From contig CBDIDR010000001.1 in the NCBI GenBank assembly GCA_965277895.1, positions 512,430 through 576,429 of the forward strand: 64,000 nt of DNA, written 5' to 3'. Under the pieces are notes generated by a model. It saw nothing but the letters and a program-made list of their open reading frames with translations. It searched no databases and had not been told where the DNA came from. The translations under genes were made by a program, and so were the position numbers. The DNA comes from Flavobacteriales bacterium. GTDB taxonomy: Bacteria; Bacteroidota; Bacteroidia; Flavobacteriales; UBA7312. Each line of letters starts with the position of its first letter. Position 1 is the stretch's first letter. Shown piece after piece: positions 1 through 10,500 of the stretch.

Positions 1-3000
1 GCTGGTGTGTACAACCTATCTGTGCAAGATGCAAATGGGTGTACCGCTCAAACCTCTTACGAAATATTTGAGCCAGCAGCTCTTTCAGTATCTCATATAG
101 TGACTAGCACACTTTGTAATTCTTCCTCTGATGGCGAAGTATTAGTTATTGCCAATGGTGGAACCCCCGGTTATACTATCTCTTCACTTCCTTCTTCTGT
201 GACAGTTACTGTTGTTTCAGCGGATACGTTCTTATTAACTGGACTTTCTGAAGGGATGTATTTTTACGATTTAGAAGATTCAAATGGGTGTGAATTATTA
301 AATAATTCTTTTTATGTTGGTGAGCCTACTGAAGTAGAAATTACTGGAGTTTCATCTACTCAAGAAAGTTGTCTTGGTTGGGATGCTACCGCTAATGTTA
401 ATGTTACAGGCGGTGTAGGTTCTTACACAATCCTTTGGACATATGATGATGCATATCAGTTGCCACTACTATTACAAGACGGTAGTTTGAACCCAACATC
501 GCAAAGTTCAAATCCACAAAATTTATCTGCAGGCTTAGTTTATGTTCATGTTTGGGATATAAATTCGTGCTACACTATGGATAGTGTATTGATTTCTCAA
601 ACAAACTCTCCAAGTTTGGTTCTCATAGGCACACTAAATAATTTATGCTATGGCGATACAGACGGTCAAATTTCATTGAATGCCACTGGTGGAACACCAT
701 TTTATGAGTTCTCGATTAATGGAGGCGTGAGTTGGCAAAATTTATCAACCTTCCAAGACTTAGCAGGAGGGATTTATAACGCTACTGTAAGAGATTCATT
801 AGGATGTACCGACGAATTAGAAAATATTGAAATATTAACACCAGATCCAATCAGTGTTTCTGTCAGCTCTGAAGATGTTAGTTGTACATCAGCATCTGAT
901 GGTAGTGCTTCTGTAGTTACTGTTTCAGGAGGAACTGTCAGTTCAGGAGCATATGGCTTTAGTTGGCAGAATAGTCAAGGAATAAATTTATGGCCTGCAA
1001 ACCTTTCAGCAGTAAACGCTACTGTTAGTGGTTTACTACCAGGTTCATACCAATTAGAGGTTGAAGACGACAATGGATGTACAACAGTTTATTCACCAGT
1101 CAATATAGGTGAGCCATCGCCTGTTACCCTTGACTTATCAATCTTATCTGATTATAATGGTGTTGATATCTCTTGCTTTGGATATTCTGATGCAGTTGTT
1201 TTAGCAAATGCAGGTGGCGGAACTGGACTATATACGTTTGAATGGTTTAATTCTACTAATCCAAACGATATTAGAACCTCTACATCTGCGTCGTTTGATA
1301 CTTTGTCTCTTGTTCCACAAGATGTTTATTCGGTAACGGTTACTGATGATAGAGGATGTACAGCTGAGGATAATATCACAGTAAATCAACCAGAGCAAAT
1401 TATTGTTGACTTTGAAAATGTTACCAATATACGATGTGAAGGTAATAATGATGGTCAAGCTACTGCAATATATACTGGCGGTCTTGGATTTGGTAACTAT
1501 GCTGTGAGTTGGTTTGATAGTGATAATAATGTTATTTCATTAATAGCACAAGCATCTAATTTAAGTGCTGGAGATTATAGTGCTACCTATACTGATAACA
1601 ATGGTTGTGTAGGAACTGGATTAATAAGTATAGATTATTCAGAACTATTTTCAATTAATAATACTGATGACACTACCTCTGTTAGCTGTTTAGGTGACAT
1701 TGATGGGACATTTAATTTTAATGTTTCTGGTGGCTGGTTACCTTACTCTTACGATTGGAATGACCCTTTGAATCAGCAATTAGCAACAGCAGTTGGTTTA
1801 GCACCTGGTCAATGGTATACAAACATAATTACTGACGCTAATAACTGTGTTCTTGTTGATTCCGTTTATGTTACATCACCAATCGATGTTGTTGAAATTT
1901 CTACTTATTCTGTAACCGATAATGAATGTTATGAAGATAACTCGGGAGCCATTACAGTAGAAGTAGTTGGTGGAACTCCAGCCTATCAGTTCGAATGGTC
2001 AGGAGCTAATGGTACTGTTGGAAACAACCAAAATATCAACGGCTTATCTAACGGGACTTATAATCTTGTAATTACTGATTTATACGGATGTGTTCATACT
2101 TCATCTTACACGGTTGATGGACCAGATAGTCCACTACTTATAAACTCTGTTGTTACAACTAATGTTAGTTGTAATGGACTTGAGGATGGTACTGCAAGCT
2201 TAACTAATCAGATTTCTGGAGGTACTCCTCCTTACGTTAACATAGATTGGGATGGAGAAAACCCATCAATATTAGCAGCAGGAAATTATACTGTTGAAGT
2301 TACAGATGATAATGGCTGTACAAAGGCCTCATCTTTTACAATATATGAGCCAGATGCTTATTCTGTTTCATTAGACGTAATAAATGAAAATTGCGCGGGA
2401 CAAAACGGAAGCATTTTAGTTCAAACAACTGGTGCTACTCCATCTAATACTGGTGACTACGATTACGATATTACTCCTATTTCTGGAATTTCACCTGACT
2501 TTGATTATCAATCTTCAAGTGCTTCACAAGCAAATATTGTTGTTGATTTCCCTTCAGTAAATGATGTTGCGGACACACTGTTTCAATTAACTATTACTGA
2601 TGAGAATGGGTGTGAATACACGCAAGAAATTGAAATTCATCCAGCAAGAGTATTCAATTATAATGAAGTATTGAATGTGTGTTATGGCGATAGCATTTCA
2701 CTTGATGGAAGCTTATTTGCTGAATATGATTCATATAGCTGGTCTGTTTCACCGAATCAAGAGTTGTTTGTAAACGGCTCAGAACTAGATTTAATCGTCA
2801 ACAATTCATCTACAATTACTGTTGAGGTAGAAGATTTATCATCTTCATGTTCATTTACTGATGAGCTAAACGTTCAAGTATTAAACCCTGTAATAGTAGC
2901 AAATGATGATATTGGTATCACAAGAGGTGAGTCTTTGACTCTCACAATTACAGAGGGTGAACCTCCTTACTTGTGGAGTACTGATGAAACATCAAGTAGT

Positions 3001-3363
3001 ATTGACGTCAGTCCGTTAATTACTACTAACTATGTAGCTTATGCTTTAGATACTGTTACTGGCTGTATAGGAAACGATACAATACGTGTTTTTGTTGGGA
3101 TGAATGAAGGCTTTTCTCCAAATGCTGATGGATACAATGATACATGGGAAATCAGTTATTTAAATCAATATGAATCTGTTAAGGTTCAAATTTTCAACAG
3201 ATGGGGAGCATCAATTTGGGAAAGTAGTTCTCCTAATATTTTAAACTGGGATGGTAAATACAATGGTAACGACTTACCAATTGGTACTTACTATTATATA
3301 ATTAGTTTTGAAGACGATATCAATAAGGAACCATTAACCGGTCCTGTAACCATTGTAAGGTAA
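1..3363 (+). CDS. Large cell-surface adhesin-like protein with SprB-type repeat modules and a T9SS type-B (gliding-associated) C-terminal domain; 5' end cut by the window edge
   Basis: The reading frame is open to nt 1, in the same frame as ORF 7..3363. At least 11 tandem ~80-aa modules each carry a D-x-N-G-C-like motif (QDANGC, EDSNGC, EDDNGC, TDDRGC, TDNNGC, TDDNGC, TDENGC...) and GG(T/S)xPY turns. The C-terminus GFSPNADGYNDTWEI...IFNRWG...WDGKYNGNDLPIGTYYYII matches the type-B T9SS CTD pattern. Confidence 0.8.
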   Translation, partial: AGVYNLSVQDANGCTAQTSYEIFEPAALSVSHIVTSTLCNSSSDGEVLVIANGGTPGYTISSLPSSVTVTVVSADTFLLTGLSEGMYFYDLEDSNGCELLNNSFYVGEPTEVEITGVSSTQESCLGWDATANVNVTGGVGSYTILWTYDDAYQLPLLLQDGSLNPTSQSSNPQNLSAGLVYVHVWDINSCYTMDSVLISQTNSPSLVLIGTLNNLCYGDTDGQISLNATGGTPFYEFSINGGVSWQNLSTFQDLAGGIYNATVRDSLGCTDELENIEILTPDPISVSVSSEDVSCTSASDGSASVVTVSGGTVSSGAYGFSWQNSQGINLWPANLSAVNATVSGLLPGSYQLEVEDDNGCTTVYSPVNIGEPSPVTLDLSILSDYNGVDISCFGYSDAVVLANAGGGTGLYTFEWFNSTNPNDIRTSTSASFDTLSLVPQDVYSVTVTDDRGCTAEDNITVNQPEQIIVDFENVTNIRCEGNNDGQATAIYTGGLGFGNYAVSWFDSDNNVISLIAQASNLSAGDYSATYTDNNGCVGTGLISIDYSELFSINNTDDTTSVSCLGDIDGTFNFNVSGGWLPYSYDWNDPLNQQLATAVGLAPGQWYTNIITDANNCVLVDSVYVTSPIDVVEISTYSVTDNECYEDNSGAITVEVVGGTPAYQFEWSGANGTVGNNQNINGLSNGTYNLVITDLYGCVHTSSYTVDGPDSPLLINSVVTTNVSCNGLEDGTASLTNQISGGTPPYVNIDWDGENPSILAAGNYTVEVTDDNGCTKASSFTIYEPDAYSVSLDVINENCAGQNGSILVQTTGATPSNTGDYDYDITPISGISPDFDYQSSSASQANIVVDFPSVNDVADTLFQLTITDENGCEYTQEIEIHPARVFNYNEVLNVCYGDSISLDGSLFAEYDSYSWSVSPNQELFVNGSELDLIVNNSSTITVEVEDLSSSCSFTDELNVQVLNPVIVANDDIGITRGESLTLTITEGEPPYLWSTDETSSSIDVSPLITTNYVAYALDTVTGCIGNDTIRVFVGMNEGFSPNADGYNDTWEISYLNQYESVKVQIFNRWGASIWESSSPNILNWDGKYNGNDLPIGTYYYIISFEDDINKEPLTGPVTIVR

Positions 3364-3368
3364 TAAAA

Positions 3369-4271
3369 ATGAAAAAATTCATATTATATTTCGTTTTATT
3401 GATAATTGGTAATGAAGCATTTGCTCAACAATTACCTCAATTTAGCAGCTATCAATTAAGCCCCTATCTATACAACCCTGCCTATGCTGGTGTTGACGGA
3501 ACTACTCAGCTTAATGCAGTAATTCGTAATCAATGGGCGGGAGTTAGAGAAGCTCCACAAACTGACGTTATCAACGGTTATGGTTTGTTACGTAACGAAA
3601 AAATGGCAGTTGGTGCTACTGCTTTCAAAGATGTAGCAGGTGCTGATAGCAGAAGAGGAATAAATGTAAGCTATGCCTACCATCTAAGATTAAAAGATGA
3701 CATGAGCCTTTCATTAGGTTTGTCAGCAGGCTTTTTACAATACAAACTAGACCATACCATTGTTAACCCTTATGATGATGGTGACCCTGTATTTAATAAC
3801 TCTATATTATCTTCAGTAGTCCCTACGGCTACTTTTGGGGCATATCTTTATGCAGATGACTTCTACGCTAGTTTATCTTTACCACAGCTTCTAACCTCTA
3901 CATTTGATATAGATAGTGACTATTCAGATAATAGTTTAGTAAGTGATGGACTTACAAATCATATCTATATTGGTGGTGGATATATTAAAGAACTGAACAG
4001 TACTTTTACGCTAGAGCCTTCAGTATTGTTTATGCTTGCGCCTCCAGCACCATTATCATTAGAGATTATGTCTAAAGTAATTTATAAAGATATGCTTTGG
4101 ACGGCTCTTTCTTACAGGCTGAATGATGCAGTAGCTTTATATATAGGCGTAGATTTAAATGAAAAGTTTTACCTAGCTTATGCACATGACTTTGTTACTT
4201 CTGACATTTCAACAGTTTCTTCAGGTACGAATGAATTTAAATTAGGCTTCAGATTTAATCAGCCTAAATAG
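3369..4271 (+). CDS. PorP/SprF-family T9SS outer-membrane protein, the likely cognate partner of the upstream type-B CTD cargo
   Basis: Signal peptide MKKFILYFVLLIIGNEAFAQ. The N-terminal QLPQFSSYQLSPYLYNPAYAG motif is typical of PorP/SprF. About 300 aa with a beta-barrel-like alternating pattern. Starts 5 nt after the cargo gene stop. Confidence 0.75.
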   Translation: MKKFILYFVLLIIGNEAFAQQLPQFSSYQLSPYLYNPAYAGVDGTTQLNAVIRNQWAGVREAPQTDVINGYGLLRNEKMAVGATAFKDVAGADSRRGINVSYAYHLRLKDDMSLSLGLSAGFLQYKLDHTIVNPYDDGDPVFNNSILSSVVPTATFGAYLYADDFYASLSLPQLLTSTFDIDSDYSDNSLVSDGLTNHIYIGGGYIKELNSTFTLEPSVLFMLAPPAPLSLEIMSKVIYKDMLWTALSYRLNDAVALYIGVDLNEKFYLAYAHDFVTSDISTVSSGTNEFKLGFRFNQPK

Positions 4272-4273
4272 AA

Positions 4274-4302
4274 AAAGTCCCCTAAATTAATAAAGGACTT
4301 TT
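4274..4302 (+). terminator. Possible weak rho-independent terminator after the PorP/SprF gene
   Basis: AAAGTCC (4274-4280) pairs with GGACTTT (4295-4301), followed by TT. The 14-nt loop is large, so this is a weak call. Confidence 0.35.
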
Positions 4303-4399
4303 GGATTGTCTAACAATAAAGCTAACCAAAAACAAATGTTACGACACCACAAATCTATGTATATTGCTGAGTTCTAACTTTTTACAGATTTATTCTTTT

Positions 4400-4415
4400 T
4401 AACATTGAGATGTTA
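4400..4415. promoter_or_regulatory. 16-bp palindrome TAACAT-N4-ATGTTA upstream of the sulfur-module genes (candidate operator)
   Basis: TAACATTGAGATGTTA is read directly. It has perfect 6-bp arms, lies 52 nt upstream of the tauE-like ATG (4468), and sits in a 196-nt intergenic region. Confidence 0.3.
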
Positions 4416-4467
4416 GTTACCTTCACTAAATGGTCGTAAATAAACACTTTTTTATAGTCTTTAAATC

Positions 4468-5265
4468 ATGATTCTACTAGGTTATTTAATGGCTTTAATA
4501 GTCGGTATATTTCTTGGATTGTTTGGAGGGGGTGGTTCTATCCTAACTGTACCCATATTAGTGTATATAATGGGTGTAAATCCAATTAGTGCAACAGCTT
4601 ATTCCTTATTTGTTGTGGGTGTAGCGGCTTTATTCGGCACTCAGAGATACATTTCAAAGAAACAAATCAATATTAAGATAGGACTCTTATTTGCAATACC
4701 ATCCTTCATTGGAGTGTTTGCAAGTCGTAAATGGATATTGACTGCACTGCCCGATGTAATACATTTTTCTGAACTATTTCCATTAACTAAAGATACATTC
4801 ATATTAATCTTATTTGCGGTGATAATGTTACTGGCGTCATTATCAATGATATTTTCTTGGAAACCCAAAACCTCTCAAGCGAGTAATAATTATATAATGA
4901 TAATCCTAGATGGCTTTATCGTGGGGATTATAACTGGATTGGTTGGTGCAGGTGGAGGATTTCTGATAGTTCCAGCCCTTCTTCTATTAACTAATATAAA
5001 TATGAAAGAAGCTGTGGGTACGTCTTTAATGATTATCTCAATAAAATCCTTATTTGGTTTTCTAGGTGAACTATCAAACCCTATAGACTGGAACTTAATG
5101 CTCTTATTTACGTTCTTATCTATTATCGGAATTTATATTGGAATATTTGTATCAAAACATTTAAATAGTCAGGTATTAAAAAAATCATTTGGTATTTTTG
5201 TCTTACTTATGGCTATTGTAATTCTTATAAAAGAAACCATAGTTAATCAACTTCCTATTAATTAA
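4468..5265 (+). CDS. TauE/SafE (TSUP) family sulfite/anion exporter-like membrane protein
   Basis: Polytopic 265-aa protein with the two glycine-rich half-repeat motifs of the family (GLFGGGGSILTVP and GLVGAGGGFLIVP). Confidence 0.8.
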   Translation: MILLGYLMALIVGIFLGLFGGGGSILTVPILVYIMGVNPISATAYSLFVVGVAALFGTQRYISKKQINIKIGLLFAIPSFIGVFASRKWILTALPDVIHFSELFPLTKDTFILILFAVIMLLASLSMIFSWKPKTSQASNNYIMIILDGFIVGIITGLVGAGGGFLIVPALLLLTNINMKEAVGTSLMIISIKSLFGFLGELSNPIDWNLMLLFTFLSIIGIYIGIFVSKHLNSQVLKKSFGIFVLLMAIVILIKETIVNQLPIN

Positions 5266-5277
5266 AAATAAAGAGTT

Positions 5278-6675
5278 ATGAAACTAGAACAACTGTACAC
5301 TAAATGCCTTTCAGAAGCAGCTTATTATATAGAGTCTGAGGGTGAAATTGCCATTATTGATCCATTAAGAGATATTGATGTTTATATTGATATGGCTCGA
5401 AAAGCAGGAGGGACAATTAAATATATTTTTGAAACACATTTTCACGCTGATTTTGTTTCTGGTCATTTAGATTTAGCTAGAAGAACAGGAGCAAAAATTA
5501 TTTATGGACCAAATGCAGACGCTAAGTTTGATTTTCACAAAGCTGAAGATGGCGAAGTATTTCCATTAGGTAAGGTAAGCCTTACCTTATTACATACACC
5601 TGGACATACTATGGAATCATCATGTTATTTATTAAAAGATGAAAACGGCAAAAATCATAGTGTCTTTACAGGTGACACCTTATTTGTAGGAGATGTTGGT
5701 AGGCCAGATTTAGCAGTTAAGTCAGGTGAAATTACTAAAGAGGACTTAGCAGGAAATTTATACGATTCTTTACACACAAAATTATTGCCCTTAGAAGATG
5801 AGGTTCTTGTCTTTCCAGCTCATGGTGCGGGTTCTGCTTGCGGAAAAAATATCGGTACGGAAACCTCCTCAACTATTGGTGAACAAAAACAAACTAATTA
5901 TGCCCTCCAAAAAATCAGTAGAGAGCAATTTATTGAAGAAGTTACCGACGGTCTTTTAGCCCCTCCATCTTACTTCTTTACCGATGTTATGATGAACAAA
6001 AACGGTTATGAAGACATCGATGATGTTATTGAGCGAAACTTAAACCCAATGTCATATTCAGAGGTTATTGAAGCTCAGTCTAAAGGAGTATGTCTTTTGG
6101 ATACAAGGCAACCTTCCGACTTTGCAAAGGGATTTATCAAAGGCTCTATTAATATTGGATTAAAAGGACAGTACGCCCCTTGGGTAGGAGCTTTAATTGA
6201 TCCAGAGTCTACTTTGATTTTGATAACTGATAAAGACTCAGAAAAAGAGTCTGTAACACGATTAGCCAGAGTAGGCTATGAGAAGGTTCATGGCTTTTTA
6301 GATGGTGGAGTAGATGCCGTTGAAGACACTTTATGTAAAATTGAAAATAAAAGTGCAGCTGATGTTACTCAATTAATAGACGAAGATAAGTCGACTATAT
6401 TGGATGTTAGGAAGCCTGGTGAATTACAAAATGGTTTTGTTGCTGGCTCTACTCATATTAGACTTCAAGAGTTGCCACAAAAAATGTCTTCATTAAATAA
6501 AGAAGAACCACTTGTAGTCTATTGTGCCGGAGGCTATCGATCTATGATTGCCTGCTCATTGTTGGCGGCTAATGGATTCAATTCATTAATAAATACTGAT
6601 GGAGGATATGCTAAATTATCAAAAGAGAAGTTACTGCCCGTTTCATACGGCAGTTCTTGTTCTCGTGAAATATAA
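5278..6675 (+). CDS. MBL-fold persulfide dioxygenase-like enzyme fused to two rhodanese domains (Blh/CstB-like architecture)
   Basis: Metallo-beta-lactamase motifs ETHFHADF and LHTPGHT, plus a later FPAHG. The first rhodanese module lacks the catalytic Cys (ILITDKDSE). The second has the active loop YCAGGYRS. Confidence 0.8.
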   Translation: MKLEQLYTKCLSEAAYYIESEGEIAIIDPLRDIDVYIDMARKAGGTIKYIFETHFHADFVSGHLDLARRTGAKIIYGPNADAKFDFHKAEDGEVFPLGKVSLTLLHTPGHTMESSCYLLKDENGKNHSVFTGDTLFVGDVGRPDLAVKSGEITKEDLAGNLYDSLHTKLLPLEDEVLVFPAHGAGSACGKNIGTETSSTIGEQKQTNYALQKISREQFIEEVTDGLLAPPSYFFTDVMMNKNGYEDIDDVIERNLNPMSYSEVIEAQSKGVCLLDTRQPSDFAKGFIKGSINIGLKGQYAPWVGALIDPESTLILITDKDSEKESVTRLARVGYEKVHGFLDGGVDAVEDTLCKIENKSAADVTQLIDEDKSTILDVRKPGELQNGFVAGSTHIRLQELPQKMSSLNKEEPLVVYCAGGYRSMIACSLLAANGFNSLINTDGGYAKLSKEKLLPVSYGSSCSREI

Positions 6676-6681
6676 AAACAG

Positions 6682-6939
6682 ATGGATAGAAAAGTTACGT
6701 TGATTGATGTGAGGACACCGCTTGAGTATAACTCTGGCAATGTTAAGGGCTCTATAAATATACCAATGAATGAGGTTCCTCAGCGATTGGATGAAATTCG
6801 AGAATTAGAACCTATGATTGTATTCTGTAAGTCTGGCGTTCGCTCCCAAAAGGTTTTGGAGTTCTTAAAAGACAATGGAATAGTTGAGGTAGAAAATGGA
6901 GGAGGATGGATGGAAGTTAATGCTTCTGTCAATGAGTAA
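6682..6939 (+). CDS. Single-domain rhodanese-like sulfurtransferase
   Basis: 85 aa with LIDVRTPLEY and the active-site loop FCKSGVRS (C-X4-R). Starts 7 nt after the upstream gene. Confidence 0.8.
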   Translation: MDRKVTLIDVRTPLEYNSGNVKGSINIPMNEVPQRLDEIRELEPMIVFCKSGVRSQKVLEFLKDNGIVEVENGGGWMEVNASVNE

Positions 6940-7531
6940 TAGCTTTAAACTCATAACCTTGTTTACTAAAATGCTCTAACATTTTAGGCAAGCAATACTT
7001 TACATTTTTAATGGCTTTGTCATTTTCGTGAAACACAATGATAGAGCCATTTTTTGTTTTCTCCTTGACAATTTTAAAGCACTTTTCAGCTGAGGTGTTT
7101 TTGTGAAAATCCCAGCTTAATACGTCCCACATAACTATTTTAAAAGCTTTTTTTAAGTGTCGTATTTGTGAAGGTTTAATTCTTCCAAATGGAGGTCTAA
7201 ACAGCTTGCTGTTCATAATACTGTGACATTTTTCAATATCTGAAAAGTACTTGCTATTTTTAGTCGCCCATCCGTTTAGATGCGAATAGGTATGATTTCC
7301 GACCGAATGATTTCCCTGTAAAATATCCTTGTATAATGATGGGTGTGAATCTACCTCTTTGCCGAGAAGAAAAAAAGTAGCCTTTGCATTATACTTGTCT
7401 AGTTCTTGCAGAATGAAAGGCGTAAGTTCTGGGTTAGGGCCATCATCGAAGGTAATATAAATCACCTTTTCTTTGGAAGGTAAATTCCAAATTAATGAAG
7501 GGAACAACATTTGAAGAATTCCCCTCATCAA
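6929..7531 (-). CDS. Polysaccharide deacetylase (NodB homology domain, CE4-like)
   Basis: NodB motifs ITFDDGP and HTYSH, plus a later RPPFG. 200 aa. Confidence 0.8.
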   Translation of the reverse strand: MMRGILQMLFPSLIWNLPSKEKVIYITFDDGPNPELTPFILQELDKYNAKATFFLLGKEVDSHPSLYKDILQGNHSVGNHTYSHLNGWATKNSKYFSDIEKCHSIMNSKLFRPPFGRIKPSQIRHLKKAFKIVMWDVLSWDFHKNTSAEKCFKIVKEKTKNGSIIVFHENDKAIKNVKYCLPKMLEHFSKQGYEFKAITH

Positions 7532-7568
7532 CTTGATTTAATAAGATTTTTAGCAATAAAATTCAATT

Positions 7569-10500
7569 CTATTGATATTGATTGTATAGCTCAACAATTT
7601 TCTCTTGCGATTCGTTGTCTTTGTATTTAGTAGTGATGCTATACAAGTTAGAAACTATCTGGTTAGCAAGCTGATATTCTCTTTGCAGTTTGCTCAGAAT
7701 TTTATCATCAACTTTATTATAGTACTCTAACTCATTAAAGTATGAATCTGTAAGTATGGAAACAATCTCTTTGGCTTTTTCTACTTTGCCAATTTTATAA
7801 TATACCTCTGCCATTGGGAGGTTAAAATAATTGAATGGAATAGCCTCATTAGGCATAACCTCTAAACACCTGTCGATAACATTTTCGGCTCTTTCGAAGT
7901 CCCCTTCACGGATTAAGGCTTCAGCCAGTCTAACAAAGTTGTTTCTGAAGTTCATTGTCATTCTCATATTGGTCTCATCTAAATAAACATTAGGGTCTTG
8001 CATGTTCCCCCAATTGAATTTATTGATTAGGTTATCATACATTATATCTGTAGCGACTTCACCAGTTTGTCCGTCAGCAGATTTAGCTAAATATGGAACA
8101 AATCTGTAAGCTAAGCCTTCCAATTGGAAGTACTTCTCTAAGCCCATGAAATTACCTGAGCCAACGGTAATAGCAAAGTATATAGGTCTATCCCAGTTGA
8201 AATTAGCAAGAATATCAAGCACCATCATTTCATTTTTGTTGATGCTATTTCCTTTGAGTTCCCATTTAACCTCATCTACTATTCTGTTAGAATCTTCAGC
8301 CGCGACGATTCCTTTTCGAATAATGTCTGCTTTGTTGATTGGGATTTTCAATTTATTAGTAGGGCAGTAATCGGCCTTCTGTCCATTTCGCGTAAAGCCT
8401 TTTGTTTTATCGTTGTCACTTGCAATAAAGTTTACAACATCTTTTACATCGACATAACCTTTGCCGTTATCTCTAATTATGACATAATCTCTAGTGCCTT
8501 GCTTATACTTGTCCCATTCCATAGAACTAGGAATAGGGGCTGCGTCATAGGCAGCACGTTTCATTTGGTCTATATACCAGTCTGTATTAAATAGACTCAA
8601 GTTTACCACTCTAATATCTGTTCTAATACCTTCAACCTCTTGAGCATACCAAAGCGGGAAGGTGTCATTATCCCCATTAGTGAAGATTATAGCATTAGGA
8701 GCACAAGAGTTTAAATAATTAGCAGCAACATCTCTTGCCGTATAACGGTCTGAACGATCATGGTCATCCCAGTTTTCTTTAGCCATAAGAGTAGGTACTA
8801 ATAGCAAACACAAGGCTGTAGCAACAACAGAGCTATTAAGTGAGGATAGCTTTTTGGAAAGAAAATCAATGACTGCTAGAACACCTAAGCCAACCCAAAT
8901 AGAATAAGCATAAAATGAGCCAACATAAGCATAGTCTCTTTCCCTAGGTTGATATGGGTATTGATTAAGATAGACAACAATAGCTAGTCCTGTAAATAAA
9001 AACAGCAATAGAACTACAAAGGCATCTTTATTGTTTTTACTGAACTGATAGAGCATTCCAATAACACCAAGCAAAAATGGAAGCATAAAATAGATGTTCC
9101 TTCCCTTGTTGTTAGCCATATTTTCCGGGATAATATCCTGAGGCCCTAAACCTCTTAAATTATTATCTATGAAAGGAATACCACTAAGCCAATTTCCTTT
9201 GTTTATTTCCCCATGGCCTTGGATGTCATTTTGTCGACCAGAGAAATTCCACATAAAATATCGCCAGTACATATGTCCAATTTGATAATTGAAGAAGTAC
9301 TTTAGATTTTGTGAAAACGTTGGAGGTCGTTTAGCATTCTTTTGTCCGCTCCATTGCTGATAAGCTTTAGCATGAGACGCTTGAGAAGAACTCCACATCC
9401 TTGGGAAAAAGCTTGAAAATTTAGGGTCATAAACTGGTTTTGAATTTTTTCGGTCATTTGTTATGACATACTCACCTTTGTCTTCATCTTTAGTATAAAC
9501 AGGATTACCATCTTTTAAGTCGATGATTTTTGCATTGTAATACTGTCCATTAAGTATGGGCCAATCGCCGTATTGCTCTCTGTTGAGGTAAGCTAGTAAA
9601 CTTACTGCATCTTCAGGGTTATTTTCATCAATGGGAGTGTCTGCATTAGATCTAATTACTAATATAAAAAACGTTGAGTAGCCAATCAGAATAGCAGCAA
9701 AGCTAACCAATGAAATGCCCATTATATCCTTGTTGTTCTTTTTGGCATAAATTAGTCCAAATACAATTCCTGAGATGATGAGGATAAAATAAATAATTGT
9801 ACCAGTGTTAAAAGGCAATCCGACAGTGTTAATGAAAAATAATTCAAACTTTCCAGCCAGACTTACAATACCAGGAATTATAACCCCTTGTAATCCGCCA
9901 GTAACTATTACAGCTAAAAGAAACACCTTTAGTAAAGCAAATTTATTTACCTCATGTTTTTTGAAAAAGTATATAAAAATTACAGCTGGTATAGCCAATA
10001 AATTAAGTAAGTGAACACCAATTGAAAGACCTATTAAGTAGGCAATAAAAATAATCCATCTGGATGCGTATTTATCATCTGCTTCACTTTCCCATTTTAG
10101 AATTGCCCAAAATGTTATAGCAGTGAAAAAGGATGACATGGCATAAACTTCACCTTCAGTAGCTGAAAACCAGAAAGAATCTGAAAAAGTATATGTTAAT
10201 GCACCTACTAAAGCACTTCCGAATATGGCGATTTTATTAGCTAGTGTTGCTGTTTCCTGTTGTTTAACAATTTTTTTGGCAAAAGCACTGATAGACCAGA
10301 ATAAAAACAAAATGGTAAGAGCACTACAAAGAGCGGACATGATATTTATCATGAAAGCAATGTTTGCAGTGTCACTTGCAAAAAGACTGAAAAACCTACC
10401 AATGAGCTGGAAAAATGGTGCGCCAGGAGGGTGACCTACTTCAAGTTTGTATGCAGTACTAATATATTCTCCGCAATCCCAAAAACTAACGGTGGGTTCT

